A DNA stretch of 64,000 nt from Octopus vulgaris (lineage: Eukaryota), in NCBI GenBank assembly GCA_951406725.2, contig OX597815.1, positions 23,250,001 to 23,314,000 of the forward strand. The letters run 5' to 3'. Below the pieces are notes generated by a model. That model did not search any database. It was not told the DNA's origin and saw only the letters and a list, made by a program, of their open reading frames with translations. Made by a program: the position numbers and the translations under genes. Within the stretch, counting starts at the first letter, position 1. The number at the start of each line of letters is the position of its first letter. Of the stretch, positions 1 to 15,200 are shown in pieces.

Positions 1-150
1 TTCTAGAATGGAGGAAGTTCAGAGAGCTACTGCCTCTGTTGGCTGCAAAAGGACTCTCCCTCAGAATTAAAGGTAGACTATATGATGCTTATGTGTGAAC
101 AGCTATACACCATGAAACATAGGCTTTGAATGCGGAAGACCTGTGTTGAA
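1..150 (+). mobile_element. RTE-clade LINE fragment (degenerate)
   Basis: Translates to WRKFRELLPLLAAKGLSLRIKGRLYDAYV, homologous to the RTE fragment at 37431-37727. Confidence 0.75.
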
Positions 151-879
151 AAGTAGCTGTAAAATCTTGTCTGACTATGTATTATCTCATCATCATCATT
201 TTTATGTCAGATTTTCATGCTGGCATGGATTGAATAGTTGTCACATTCCAAGCCATTTCCTATTCATAGTTACTAATCTCTTAAATGAATAGGAAAACAG
301 CATCTCATTCGTACATTCCATTTTTTTGGTTTAGTGTTTATGATAAAATGCTCTTCTTAATACCGACTACTTTACAGAGTGTACTGGGGGGGAGGGATTT
401 TATTTTGGCACCAACACCATAGACATTGGCATTTCACTATCTCTATTCATTTGTAATTCAATTTACTGAGTATTGCTGAGGGTATTTTATGGCACCAGCA
501 CTGGTGAGGTTGCCTCAAGTTCTGCAAACCTAAAGAGTTTTCACTGCACTATGATATTTTTGTTAATTTAGGGTAATGTGACCAAGATGGTGAGTAAAGA
601 GAGAGAGGGCAATGGCTGGGAAAGAATTAGGGTGAGTGGATGAAGGGAATACCATGGGAGTATGATGAGAATGATTAGGGTGAGAGGGTGGTAGAGATGG
701 TAGTAATGAAAGAGAGATAGCTACATATTTGCTTGAGAGAGAGAGAGAGAGAAGTAATAGAGATGGGTGGTGGTAAGAGAGAATGAGAGATGACAATAAT
801 AAGTGGCTTTGAGGAAAGGGAATGGTGGCAGGCGGCACGGAAAGGATGATGATAAATTATGCTGGATGCAAACCTGATG

Positions 880-1262
880 CTTGACTTGACTTGACAGCAT
901 TCACCCGGGGTGGGTTGAGCTGGCTTCATTCATCCTCAATGCTGCATCTCTCACAAACGCCGACCAGGCCTGGCGATTTGAGGCTAACGACCGCGTGATC
1001 CCCAACCACTCCTTATTCCAGTGGCAAACACCGTAGATATGGGGGCCTAGGTTGGGTTCCAGATAAGCCTTGACTGTCATCAGCCAGGTTTTTCGTTGTC
1101 CACCACATCACTTTCGCCAACCCTGAAGGGGGGCCGGGGCAGTTGCTTCGTAGATGAATTCTCCTGGTTGACGACGGAGGGCATGACCCAGCCAACGCAG
1201 ACATCTCGTTAGGATGACTTGTCAGAGGGAGGTGATTCTGCACTGGTACTGATGCAGTCCTT
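880..1262 (-). mobile_element. RTE-type LINE 3' end with (CAAGT)n tail
   Basis: Minus strand reads LRWLGHALRRQPGE...GWRK*CGGQRKTW...LASNRQAWSAFVRD..., followed by tcaagtcaagtcaag. Confidence 0.75.
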
Positions 1263-3012
1263 CTTATATAGGCATCATGATGGAGAGAGAGGTATAGTGC
1301 TCAAGATGGTGATAAGGTCAAAATGGAATGCAGATAAGTTCAATGACATCCTTCGTTACACTGGTGACGTGGTACAGTGAATTGAGGAATAGGTGAGGGA
1401 AGAGAGGATGAGTGTCAGAGAGATGAAGGGGGTATCGGATAGATCCAGTGTAATCCCTGGTTATGTGGAATGGTGAATATGAGAGATCCACTGCTATTCC
1501 TAATTACATGAGCAGCATGTTACAGTAAATAGAAGAAAGGGTAAATGATAGGAAGGTGAGAATATGAAAGAGGCAGAGAAAGCAGATGGAAACCTAACTG
1601 GGATGTAATGAGCTAAAGACTCAAATACATTATATTTCCCAGCCTCCACAGTACCTCCATTTTAATGCTCATTCTGGCATGCTCGTATGGGTGGGTCAAC
1701 TAGGATAGCTTTTCCCTCTGTTGGGTCCACATTGAGAAGACCCTCTTTCTCCCGGACATTTTCCATGTTTAATAACCTTTCATAGCAGCACTTTGGTCTT
1801 TTCAGAATCATTAAGTACTAGTTTACCATTAACCCATTCTCACCCACAACATCTTTATTTTCTCTGAAACATTCTTTTGCAGTCCAGAACATCTCATTCC
1901 TCTGATCTTCATGCAATAGAACATTGGCAAAATTTCCTTTTTGCTTCTCGACTTCTAAATATACTTGCTATCCAACTAAATATACTTGCTATCCTCTAGC
2001 TATCTGGTATATTTCTCTATTACTCTCATTCTTTCAATCTTTCCAAGTTTGCTTTTTCATTTTTATAGCTCAGTATATTTCACTGTTCTACCACTACCTC
2101 ACCATTGGTCTGGCTGGGACTTTGTACCTAACACAAATTTGGTTTGTAGCTCTTGGTAGGAACTCTAAGCTGTCCTTTATGCTATGCCTCTAACTCCTCC
2201 TTTACATCAGAAGCTGTGGTCACAATGTCTCTAAATTCCTGACTGTTTGCTGGGTTTTTGAGTTTCTGTATTTTTCTTTTCCAGACTGGTTTGGTTCTAC
2301 GAGTTCTTTCTCTAAATCATCTGTCTATCTGATTTTCTGTGTGCCCACCTTATTGGTAGGCAATCAGGTGGCTGGTTGGTTTCTTGAAGTTAGTGTTGCA
2401 GATCATCAACTCATTTATACCACAGAACTTTAGCAGTTGGGGGACTGTTGTCAGTGCCTTAAAGGAAGAAGATTTGTGTGAAAACTTGCCTGTTGGCCAA
2501 AGATTCTTGTACATGACTAACTTATTCAATGAATTACAATTTCCTCAATCCCACAAACCATCTAGGGCAAGTAACAGCAAAAAAGAAGAGAGGAAAAGGG
2601 GGGGCAAGCTTACAAGCTGGCCAGAAAAGAGGAGGGGGTACACAGCAAGGATTAGTATGTTGCCCGATGTTTCAAAGGTACTTTTTAAATGGGCTGGTTA
2701 TGTGACACTGGTTTAGGCTACGGCTGTGATCTCACTTTACTTGTTGGGTTTTCTCAATTACAGCATGTCTCCAGAGGTCTCAGAAGCAAAAGATAAAAGC
2801 AGCACTGTACCTTTTTATGAATTAGTTTCATATTATTAATTGTATCCATATTATAGATGTGGCTGATTTCAAATTAAGCTGTCCAACTTTTCTTTTGATT
2901 ACATTGGTAACAGTTCAATTGAAAATGATGTTTGATTCTAAAAGTGGCAATTTTCTGCCTCTTTCATTGTACAATGCATACTTTTCAAATTTGTTTATTT
3001 TACCTATTTCAG

Positions 3013-3101
3013 GTATTTTGAACGTGAGCAATATCGATACTGTGCAGACCTCCTTGCTTTCATCAGTCCATCTGTCATTCAAGCTATAAAGTTTTATCCA
3101 C
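3013..3101 (+). CDS. SENP8: SENP8 first visible coding exon (89 nt)
   Basis: tatttcag|GTATTTTGAA...TATCCAC|gtaact; encodes YFEREQY...FISPSVIQAIKFYP. Confidence 0.92.
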
Positions 3102-6100
3102 GTAACTATATTTAAAAAATTTTTTTATGAACATATACATCACTAGTAGTTTTTTATTGAATTATTCTTTTTCTTGATGAATTGATGAATATTAAATAAC
3201 TGCCATAACTTAGCAACTTAAAAAAACAACAAAAACCAATCACTTTTTGAAAGATTATAATGTGGGGAGTGATCTTTTTTTTTTGTTCCTTCTCGAGCCA
3301 TGCCTGGCTCATAGGGCCAGTTTCCCGGTTTCCTTGGTGTATAGGTTCCTCACCTGAACGGGACGCTGGTGAGCTGTTAGATGCAGGAGGAAAGAGTGAG
3401 AGAAAGTTGTGGCGAAAGAGTGGGCAGAAGTTTGCCATTACCTTCTGCCGGAGCCGCATGGAGCTTTGGTGTTTCGCTCATAAACAAACACATCGCTCGG
3501 TCTGAGATTTGAACCCGTGATCCCTTGACCGCAAGTCCGCTGCTCTAACCACTATGCCATGTGCCTTCACGGGAGTGATCTAGCTGATAGCTACCTTTGT
3601 TTGATATTAATGAATATGAAAAAGCATAAAAAAATGAGTGTGGTAAGGCTTACTACTAGCTTGGGTGAAAACTTTAGTTTCCAAAAGTATTATCTCATCC
3701 AAAGTTAATAAGCTTTATTCTTACCTGCCTTTGTATTTACAAAACACAGCATCATTGAATTTAACAGTTTCAGTAAAATACATCAAATGGGTCGACAGAC
3801 TTAGAAGAGTAGTATATTTCTAATTTTCTATTCCTTCAAATACAACAGAAGATTATTATCATTATAATATTTGTCTCACAGTTTCTAATTAATATTAGAT
3901 TTTAATGTATTTTCTTTTTATATGCTGCAGAACATGAAATGGGAATTTTTCTAGATCCCCTGAATTTGACGGCAAAACAGTATGTTTTTATGGCTGTCAA
4001 TGACAACATGGCTGCTTATCAATATGGCGGATCACATTGGTATATTGACTTTTCTTTGTTTTCTTTTCCTTAAAATATCTATCTAATAATTATTTTGTAT
4101 TATGTGGTGTCTTTGATATTTTATTCTCTTAAGCATTTTATTCTCTTAAGCATTTTGACTCTTCTAATCAATATAAATATGAGAACTTTTGAAGGATGAT
4201 AAGTTTTAATATTTTGTTTCTTTATTAAGATGGTAAGCTGGTAGAATTGTTAGCACACCAAGCAAAATGCTTAGTGGCATTTTGTCTGTCTCTACATTCT
4301 GAGTTAAAGTTCCACCAAGGTCGACTTTTGCCTTTCCTCCTTTCAGGGCTGATGAAATATAAGTACCAGTTGATCTCTGGGATCAGTCTAATAGATTTAC
4401 CCTTCTCCCGAAATTGGTGGCCTTGTGCTGACACTTGAAAATAATATTTTATTTTTCTATTTCCACTTACTAGAAATTTTATTCTCTCTGTCAGCGCCGC
4501 CTTGACTGGCTTCTGTGCCAGTGGCACGTGACCTGCTGTGCTTGAGGAGACCTATTGAGTCAAGTACATCAACACCAAAATAAATATCAAATGGAAATTG
4601 TAGTTGTGATACCTGTGCCGGTGGCACGTAAAAAGCACCGTCCAAATGTGGCTGATGCCAGCGCTGCCTTGACTGGCTTCTGTACCGGTGGCATGTAAAA
4701 AGTACCAACCGATTGTGGCTGCTGCCAGCCTCCCCTGGCCCCTGTGCCAGTGGCACGTAAAAAGCACCCACTACCTCACGGAGTGGTTGGTGTAAGGAAA
4801 GGCATCCAGCTGTAGAAATACTGCCAGATCAGACTGGAGCCTGGTGCAGCCTTCTCGCTTCCCAGACCCTGGTCGAACCGTCCAACCCGTGCTAGCATGG
4901 AAAACAGACGCTAAACAATGATGATGATGATGATTAATCTCACGGTTTATTATTTAAGCTTACGTCGATTCCCCCGTATTGTTGCCTTGCATTTATGATA
5001 AAACGAATATAAGAATAATAAGAAAATACACAGTACTGTTTCTACTTCGCAGATTTTCAGCTTTCACGGAGAGTTTTGGAATGTAACACTCGCGATAGAC
5101 TAGGAATTACTGTATATTCCTAGATTAAGGTGTTAACTGCTTATTGATAGGGTTATAAAGAAAATCACATCTGTACAGTATTTTTCCTGCCTTTCAGCAT
5201 TGGTGCCAATAATCCTAATTGAAATGAAGCCAAGATATTTCAGCTCATTCTGTTTTATGGTGGAAAATGACAGTAGAATCTTTGTATTAAATCTATATCA
5301 TGGTTTAATACTAGTCTTCTCAATTTGTATTTTTTCAAATGGAGCAAGCCCTAGTAATATTAAGGCATTATTTATATCCAATGAATGCTGTAGATTGTGA
5401 AAAACAATTCACTAAAAAGGTTTGAAAGTGACTCTAAAAAAACTGAAGAATGTTCACGTTCTTAACATAATGTGGCTTCTAGCTGTGTTGTATTGATCAT
5501 TAGATGATGGAATGGGATTATATCTATTTGCTATTCTAGTCATAAAAATATTTATTTTGAGTTTGAATCAATTAGAAATTTTCCTTTTGACTAGGAAACA
5601 ATTTTGTAAAATAAAACTTTTTTTTTTTACCATTTTGGAATAAGGAATATTCCAAATATAATAATTATTAATGACTTTGGCACAAGTCACATATTTTGGG
5701 GAAGGAACTATCTAAAGTTGAACTATTATAATATTGATACTTTATTGATCTAAGAATGCATAACAAAATTTTTTTTGTGGTGCACCTGAGCACAATAATT
5801 TCATTATTATTATAACAAAATCAAAACTCAACAGGATTTTAACTCAGCGTATAAAGGGACATAACTATTGTAAACATTGCAAGACTAATCTATTGCTCGA
5901 CCAATAATGCCATTTACCACAATTTAGCCAAATGCAACAATGAGATGAATTAATGTAAGGAGTTATGTTAGGGATATCATTTCTGATTTCAATCAGCATG
6001 ATAGCTTTTGAGGAGCAGGGAAAAGATTAGAGTAATTTTCTAAAACTGTTCAGAAATAGAGAGAAGGTATATATATATATATATATTTTGATAAGCATAT

Positions 6101-6235
6101 ATATTTATATAAGATATATATTTATATAAGATATATATTTTGATAAGCATAACAAATGCGCAACCGGTAAAAAGAACTTTCACCTAATTAAATTACTTAA
6201 ATTACTTCAATTATTTGTCAGCATTTTCTTCATTT

Positions 6236-6280
<45 letters not shown>

Positions 6281-9200
6281 AATATTTATGAAAAACAAAT
6301 GATGCGTATTCAGCCGACTGTATAAAACCTGTACAAATATAACCAAAATATATGATTTCAAAGTCCTTTCTTTACTCATTGAATTAATTTTGTGCTAGAG
6401 TTATTAAGGCAAATACATTTTTAATTGAAATTATAACATGTTTAATGTGAAGTATATTTACCATCTAAATGTGGCTAACCACTAAGGGTGGATGTTACTG
6501 TAGCTTGTAGCCCCAGGAGAACATCTCCAGCTGGCTATTGACACACTTTCTGTATCCGGAAACCCGGGTCTGTGTGTATCATGTCAGGTCGACGATGGGA
6601 AAGATGGCTTCCCTTTGCAAATACCGATAGGGCACAGAAAGTGTGTTAATAGCCAGTTGGAGAAGATGTTCTCCTGGGGCTATAAATTACAGTAACATCC
6701 ACCCTTAGAGGTTAGCCACATTTAGATGGCAAATATACTTCATGTTGTCATGCAGTTACTGTTTATACCTCGTTCAGAGATTTATAAAACTGGCTCGAAT
6801 TTTATACCTCTGGAGATGTGGACACTATACTCCAGAACATTCTGAATTCAATATGGGCGGCATGTGCAGCATCAGTACCATGCAAGCACAAAAAAACACC
6901 CAATAGTGCAATTTGGGAGACGGCAGCAGTCCGACTTTCCAGGAAAGAACGCCGTAATGCTGAACAGGAATACAAATTGCACAAATCAGAGAGCAACAGG
7001 AAAAAGCGCAATAGGTCAGCCAACCACCTCAAGCAGGTGACAAAAAGGTAGTGCTTGAATTTGAACAACGCATTGCAACCAACCCTGACAGCAAAGTGTT
7101 CTGGAAGTATGTGCACTCAAAGCAGAGACGTCACTCTCCAGTTGGTCCCCTTCGCAATCCCCACACATGACAGATTACTGGCAATCCCAAAGAATGTGCA
7201 GAAATCATTGCTGGATGCTATGCTGACATCTTTACTGTCGAAGACTAAAATGTTCCATCTTCATCACCACTGACATTGGACTCTATATCTACTATGCAAT
7301 TTACACCAGCAATGCTACAACGCCACCTTAAGAATGAACGCAACTATGCCTCTCCTGGTCTCGATGGTGTTACATACCTACTTCTTAAACGCGGTGGGTA
7401 CTTTCTTCTAAGCCAACTTTCTCTATTCTTCCAATTCTGTCTTGACAATGGTGTTACTCAGAGCAGTGGAAAACTGCCAGTGTTATCCCTCTGTTCAAAA
7501 AAGGTGACCGCACATCACCTGTCAACTATCGCCCCGTTAGTCTTACTAGCTGCATCGCCAAACTGATGGAATCCTGTATCAGGGAAACCCTCTGGAACTT
7601 CTGGAAGTCTCACAGCCTCATCCAGCCGTCACAATTTGGATTTATTCCTAACTCCAGCTGCTGTAATCAACTTATCGAGTTTCTTGAGGATGTTACCCAA
7701 ATCACTGATCGTGGATCCTGGGTGGATGTTGTTTACCTGGACTTTGCTAAGGCTTTTAACTCTGTCCACACAAAAGACTTATGGTGAAGCTCTCTGCGTT
7801 GGGCGTAAGAGATGAACTCTATAACTGGTTGAAGTCCTTTATTTTCGGCCGAAAAGGGGTTGTCACAGTTCTAGGACAGCACTCTTCACCCTATGAGATG
7901 ACATCTGGTGTACCACAGGGATCCCCTTTTATCATATGTTAATGACATAGATGCCAACTTAAAGAATGCCACAGTGCTGAAATATGCAGATGACATCAAG
8001 CTGTACCTCGAAATGAAGAAGTCAGATCCTGTACACTATAGATCTCTATTGCAAGCAGACCTGGACACAATGCAGCAGTGGATCATGGACTGGCAACTCA
8101 AGCTGGCTGTGGACAAATGTACCACCATGCATTTTGGGAGGAGAAACCCAGCGTCCACCTACTCCCTCCACAACGCTAATCTCAAAACGTCTTCATGTGA
8201 ACGTGACCTGGGTGTTATTGTCGACAGTGATTTGCGTTGGACAAAACACATCGCTAAAATTGTCAAGAAGGCTGAGGGTGTCTTGACATCACTCACCAAA
8301 CCCTTTGTGAGCCGCTCTCCGACTATCTATCTGCAGCTTTATATAGCTATGGTAAGACCTCACCTGGAATTTGCATCACCAGTCTGGAATCCCTATCTTG
8401 CCCAGGATATCAATCGTCTGGAAGTCGTTCAGCGACGTGCAACCAAAAGAATACCCTCCATCAGGTTTTGCCATATTCTGAATGCCTTACTTCCCTGTGC
8501 ATGGACACATTGAAACTCCGATGTCTGGCAGCTGACTTGGCAGACACCAATAAAATTATTAACCATCTTACAAACAATAACTCTGAGCACCTTTTCAAAC
8601 TCCACCTGTGTAACACCCATGGACATATTTACAAAGTCAGAAAACAGCACAGCTCCCATGACTTTAGGAAACATTTTTTCACGCTAAGAGTTACTGAAGC
8701 ATGGAACAGACTGCCGGCATCAGTTGTTAATTGTCGGAGCACTGCATCCTTCAAAACTTCCATGCTTTCTGAGATTCGCCAACACTACACCTGATATTCT
8801 CCCCTCCATACACACACAAGCATGTATCTGACTCATACATTGTTTGCTTTCCAGACATTTGTACACTACTGCATATACTCTATACACACTTTCTGACAAG
8901 TTGTGGTGCACCTGAGCACTGTATACAATAATTTCATTATTATTATTATTATTATTATTGCTTATAACATTTTAACTGTTTCTTTATTTATTTATATTAG
9001 CCTGTAAAGGTTTGTTTCATTTGTGTTTAGTACTGCTGTGAATAATCTGACTAGATCATCATAGCTGAAATGCCATTGATTATGGTTTGGTCAATCATCA
9101 TTGATTTTAGGCTAAACAACAACAGGCAAAATAAAATGAAAGAAATAACAATATGTTAACTTTCATCAATAAAAAGAAAAAAACTAAAAATCTTTTTAAA

Positions 9201-12200
9201 CATATCAAAAACAAAAAAATGATTTGGTTCTTTAAACCCCATATAAAGAAATTATTTTGTATGTACAACTGTTTAGTTTTAGGAATTTTAATTTATAAAT
9301 TTTTTATTATTTGTAGGAGTTTGTTGATGTATAATGGACTCAGAAATGCATTTTATCATTACGATTCTATGTCTCCATCAAATACGTCTATTGCTGAAGA
9401 TTTATGTCACAAAATACAGACTAATATGAATGGTAAGAATATCCAGAGTTTAAACTGTTTAATTAGTGTAATATAAGGTGATTTGAAGTCCTTGTTAGCC
9501 ATGGTAGAATTTCACAAAAAAAAATTATTTGAAAAAAATTCTTCAAAATTAAATTTTCTTTTCTGTTAATGTATCATAATCTATTTTATTTTATACCATT
9601 TATTCAACAATGGTTCTTAATGGTTGTGAAATATGAATGATGCAAAATTGTTTTGAGAAAGATTCACTGGAGATAGGAATGAGATAGTTATATGCAGCTG
9701 TTTGGATGCTGACTATTTAGCAAGGCAAAATGGACATTCAACCTGTTTTTGGCACTAGAAGCAAACACACACACACACATACAGGTGTGCATAGAAACAC
9801 ACATATAGATAGACAGGGGAAGAGAGAGAGAGAGATTACATTTACATAGAAACATAACTAGATGCTCATACACATAGCGAGAGTTCAGATGGGATGAGAG
9901 AAACATTAAAACACCTGATGTTAGCATTAAATCAGCTATACCAAATTAAGTGGTGACAAAATGTTTCATACTCACTGGAAACATTACCCTGATCTTCGGG
10001 AGGTTAGACACATTCAGTGTTTCCAAAGTTTGTTTATAAAAATATCTGGTCTTAAAATTCATAAGATCTTTTTAAAAATAATGTTAACTATATTTTTGAT
10101 TTTTAAATATCACACTGTTCATTTCTATACAGAAAGGAAAGCATTCTGATTTATTTAAATTGTTTTCAGTAAATTGATTTCCTAATTCATATTTTATTTC
10201 TTATCATTTATTTCATGTAAAAGCTGACAAAAAGGCCACATTTAAAGAAATGGATTGTCCACAACAAGAAAACGGTAATTAATTTTTCTTCTTTTAATAA
10301 TAACAAGCTTATTATATATAGTCCCCAAGTGCACTACAACTCACCAGGAAGAGTAAAAGGAGAGAGAAAGCAGCAATAAGCTCACTGAAGCTCTGGTGTC
10401 TGGCGATGGACTTGGTAAACACCCACAAAGTTATCAACCACCTCACCAACAACAACACTGAACACCTTTTTGATCTCCTTGTGTCCAACACACATGGACA
10501 TGCCTACAAAGTCAGAAGACAGCACAGCTCCCATGACTTTCGGAAACATTTTTTCATGCTCAGAGTTGCTGAAGCATGGAACAAACTGCCTGCGTCAGTT
10601 GTTGACTGCCATGACACTGCATCCTTTAAGGCCCTCATGCTTTCCGAAATCCGCCGAAACTACACCTGATTGTCCCCCTTCCATACTCATACACATATGT
10701 GTATGTCATGACTCATGCACTGTTCTTTTCCTGATGCTTGTACATTACCCTATGTACTATACATACACTTTAGATGAGTTGTAGTGCACCTGAGCACTGT
10801 ACACAATGTTTTATTATTATTATTATAAAAAAAGAGAGACGGCAATGAAAGCTAGAACTACATGAGTAGTATTCAGATAAAACACAATACTACAAAGAGT
10901 GAACACTAAAAGAACTATAAAGAGTGTGGGTGCATAGGAATGTCAAGAGTAATGTTGGGGAATTTCAGGAAGAATGGAAATTTTTAAAAGATGCAGTGTC
11001 CTGATAGTTAACAGATGTGTGTAGTTTATTCATGTTACAACAATGCTGTTTTTTTTTTTTGGTTTTATACACTTGCCCATGAGTGGTTGAGGTATTGAAT
11101 TTAAAATGTTGTTGGTGAAATGGTGGATACTAAGACACTTTCAGTTTTTTTGATGATTTTAAAAATGTGGTTCATCCAACACAGATCATTGTTGACTACA
11201 ATGCCAAGGTCATGTTAACCAGTAGACTTCTTAAGTTGGTGTTATAGAGTGAGTTGATAAATTCCTGGTTTTCATTCTCAAAATGTATAGTGGTACATTT
11301 GACTGCAACTAGCCTGAGCTGCCAGTCAGCAAGCCATTGTTGTGTCTAGGTTAAATTGTAGACAAGATCTTTTGCATATAGGATCTGTTATTTTTATCTC
11401 AAGGTACAGCTTAATGTTGTATACTTATTTTACCACAATAAGATCCTTCAAGTTAGCATCTGTTTCATTGATGTATGCAACAAATGCCAAGGGACCAATA
11501 ACCGATCCCTGTAGGGCACCATATGTCATTGGATAAGGTGCAGAATGTTTTCTTCTTACAGTGATTACCACTTTTCTTCTGACAATGAAGGACCTAAGTT
11601 ATGAAGAGTAGTCTTCCAGCCCATTGCAAAGAGCTATGCCATGAGTTGTTTGTGTAGCACAAAATGAAAGGCTTTAGTGAAGTCAAGATAGATAACATCC
11701 ACACCCAAGAGCTGCCATCTGTGATTCTAGTGATGTCTTCAAGAAATTCAATGAGTTGGCCACAGCAGCTGGAGTTAGAGATAGATCCAAAGTTTGAGGA
11801 CCAAATAAGGTTATGAGAGTTCCAGACGCTCTAGGGTGTTTCTCTGACGCAGGGGGCTCCATCATTTTGATAATACAACTTGTGAGGCTGACTGGATGGT
11901 AATTGACACGGTGATGTATACTTACCTATTTTGAACAAAAGGGATAACACTGGTAATTTCCCACTATTCTGGGCTGGGATAATGCAGTTATTAAGGCAGA
12001 ATTGGATAAGTAATTTTATTGTTGACAATCAGCGAACATGAATTTAAAAAAAAGTCTTTCTCACCATCTTTTATACAAGGCTTTGCAGAACTTAGAGCAG
12101 GGTGTCATTGATGAAACCAATATGAACTGCAGCCTTACTGGTCAAACCCCAAAGTAGAAAATGATAATTTTTAATGCCAGTTATGTGCCTGTCTAAAATC

Positions 12201-15200
12201 ACTACAATTAAGACTCTAGGGAAGCTAAAAATACGTTTATCCAGTTCATTGTTTCTCCATGCTCCTCTCCTCCCTTACCTCCATTCTCCTTGTCCGACCA
12301 TAATTCTGATCCTTCAGCAAACACATCACTAATTTGAGACAATTTTTCTTTTTCTGCTTAACCCAAATAGTTTTTTTTTTAACAACACCTCTGCTGCAAA
12401 GACCAAACATCCCTAACTACTAGATCTCCAAATCTCTCTACACAGTCACCTTATCTCTTACATTGGTCCTTTAATTTCTTGAATTGCTAACTTCTTCAAA
12501 TTTATTAGTCTTTACATCCACTGTTAAATCCAACTGTGGTTTACAAACTGGCTGTTATCTTAAAACAAGAAGCTCCAAAAATAGATACTGTTCTAAAAAA
12601 AAACAAAAGCTATTCAATTTTAAACTCTCAGACAAGTCTCTGTGGTTAGAACGTTTGCAGTATAGTGATGTAGTTCAGATCCAGCCCCACTACTTAGTGT
12701 CATGGGCAGCTGTTTTCTATAATAGCCTTGGAACAGCCAACACCTTGTGAGTGAAATTTGATGTACAAAAACTATGCCAAATGAAACCCTTGAAAAACAC
12801 TTGTTACCCGCATCATTTTTCAGTTAGGATGAGATTATCTATGCAGCTGCATGTTTTTTTGGTTTGAAACGGTTGCTTGTAGAATTGGATAGTTCTCTAG
12901 TATCTACTTTTGGAATTCATTGGTTTAAGATATCAAGTATGTAGTCGGCACTGGATTCAACAGTGGTGATAAAGACTAGAGAATTTAAACCAACCAGCCA
13001 CCAATAAGGTGGGCACACAGAAAATCAGACAGGCAGATGATTTAGAGAAAGAACTCAGAGAACTTTAAAGTAAAAAAAAATTAAAGGGCCAGTGTAGAAG
13101 ATAAGGGGAGGGCTGTTATTGAGTGTATAGATCTGGGTCCTAGCAGGTAGAAATAGTTTGGTCTTTGCAGAAGAGGTGCCAGGCTGAGCAGAGAAGGAAA
13201 GAAAGGTGTCCAAAATTAGTGATGAGTTTAGTGAGGGGCCAGAACTACAATTGGATAGGGAGAATTTTGTGGTTATTCTAACCCTGAATTGGATGAAAGT
13301 ATTTTTACATTCCATAATGGTGTAATTGTAGAGATTTCAGATAAATTATTAATAGTTACTGGTCAATAATGACAGTTCCTTGACTTTGAAAACTTTACTT
13401 TTGGGCTTGGTTAGCAATACAGTATTTCATATCAGTGCTATCAAGGATATTTGGTTCTAACATCTGCAAAGCCTAGGATAAAAAAATTTCTGAGAATGAG
13501 CTTTGACAGCAATTCCTGTGAACTGAATGTGTGTATGTGTATGCATGCATGATATGTGTGTGTGTTTTTTATTTGCTTGCTTGCATTTGTTGACAAAGAA
13601 TTGTTGCTGCAAGCAAAAATACCTTTCAGTTTCAAGCTACATTTTTTTAATGTCCCACTATGTCTGGTAGACTCTATTTCAACCACTTCCAAATTGATTA
13701 AATAAGCATCAGACTAAGTGCTTGGGTTGATGTAATCAACCTATTTCTTTACTACCCACAAGGGGCTAAACACAGAGGGGACAAACGAGGACAGACAAAC
13801 GGATTAAGTCGATTACATCGACCCCAGTGTGTAACTGGTACTTAATTTATCGACCCCGAAGGATGAAAGGCAAAGTCGACCTCAGCGGAATTTGAACTCA
13901 GAACGTAAAGACAAACGAAATACATATTTCTTTACTACCCACAAGGGGCTAAACACAGAGGGGACAAACGAGGACAGACAAGCGGATTAAGTCGATTACA
14001 TCGACCCTAGTGTGTAACTGGTACTTAATTTATCGACCCCGAAAGGATGAAAGGCGAAGTCGACCTCGGCAGAATTTGAACTCAGAATGTAACAGCAGAC
14101 GAAATACGGCTACGCATTTCGCCCAGCGTGCTAACCTTTCTGCCAGCTCATCAACCAAAACTGTAAAAGTTGTGCCTGAGTATAGCTGCAGTCCAGTGAA
14201 AGAATACAAGAATCTCATACTTTACATGATTTATTCATTTATGACTTTACTAGCAGTATCACCCGGTGTTGCTCGGGTTTGTTTAGAATTAGAACTTTTG
14301 AAAAGTAAAAATTTGGTATTATGTAGCTTGTTATTCTCTTTAAGTGAACATTTTCTGGTTGAAATACACCGAAAAATGGCAACACAGCAGTCAAAAAATC
14401 GTAAAAAATCAGGATTTTCATAGAAAAAAGCACTTTTTTGATGTAAATAATTTTTGGTGTTAACATGGTCCGATTTAAATTTTTTCTTCTACAGAAGAAA
14501 GAGCAAGCCTTCTTCTATCATACTCTCAATTTTGGTCAACTTGTGCCGCAGGGTCTTGGAGGAGATAGTGTTAGTTGAAGGCTACCAAACCTGCCATACA
14601 CAGACAACTTCAGCTTTATATATAGAGAGATTTAGAGCCTGATAAATAATGTTAATCCTTAATTAGCTGGGAATCTATTTGCAAAAGAACACTTGTATTT
14701 GAAATGTATTCATTGTTAATCGGTTTAATTCATAATTATGACTCTACATCCTATAATTTAATATTCACTATAAGTTAACCTCACATTAAAAACTTTTTGT
14801 GATGCAAAACTTTAAAAAAAATATTCAAATATTTAAAAATTGTATTCTAAATATAAAGAACTTTGATTTCTTCTGTTAATGATAAAAAGAAAATTTCCTA
14901 CACCATGTGAATCCACACAAATAAAGCATGTAATTTAAGAAATGGTTATTTCCAAATTGCTAATGTAAAACAAAATTAGGACTACATAACTGACAGCATT
15001 CAGAAATTCCACTATTTATGGCTTTTTATATTGCTTCTTGAATTGTTGTTGTGTTGCACACTTTTATTTATATATTTCATTATTAATTTTAACTTCAGGT
15101 TATGACTGCGGAGTCCATGTGATAGCAACATGTGAACATCTGGTTCGTCAGAATATCGAAGCTTACTCTGTTCCTCTCGAGTGTAGTATATCCGCTAAAC

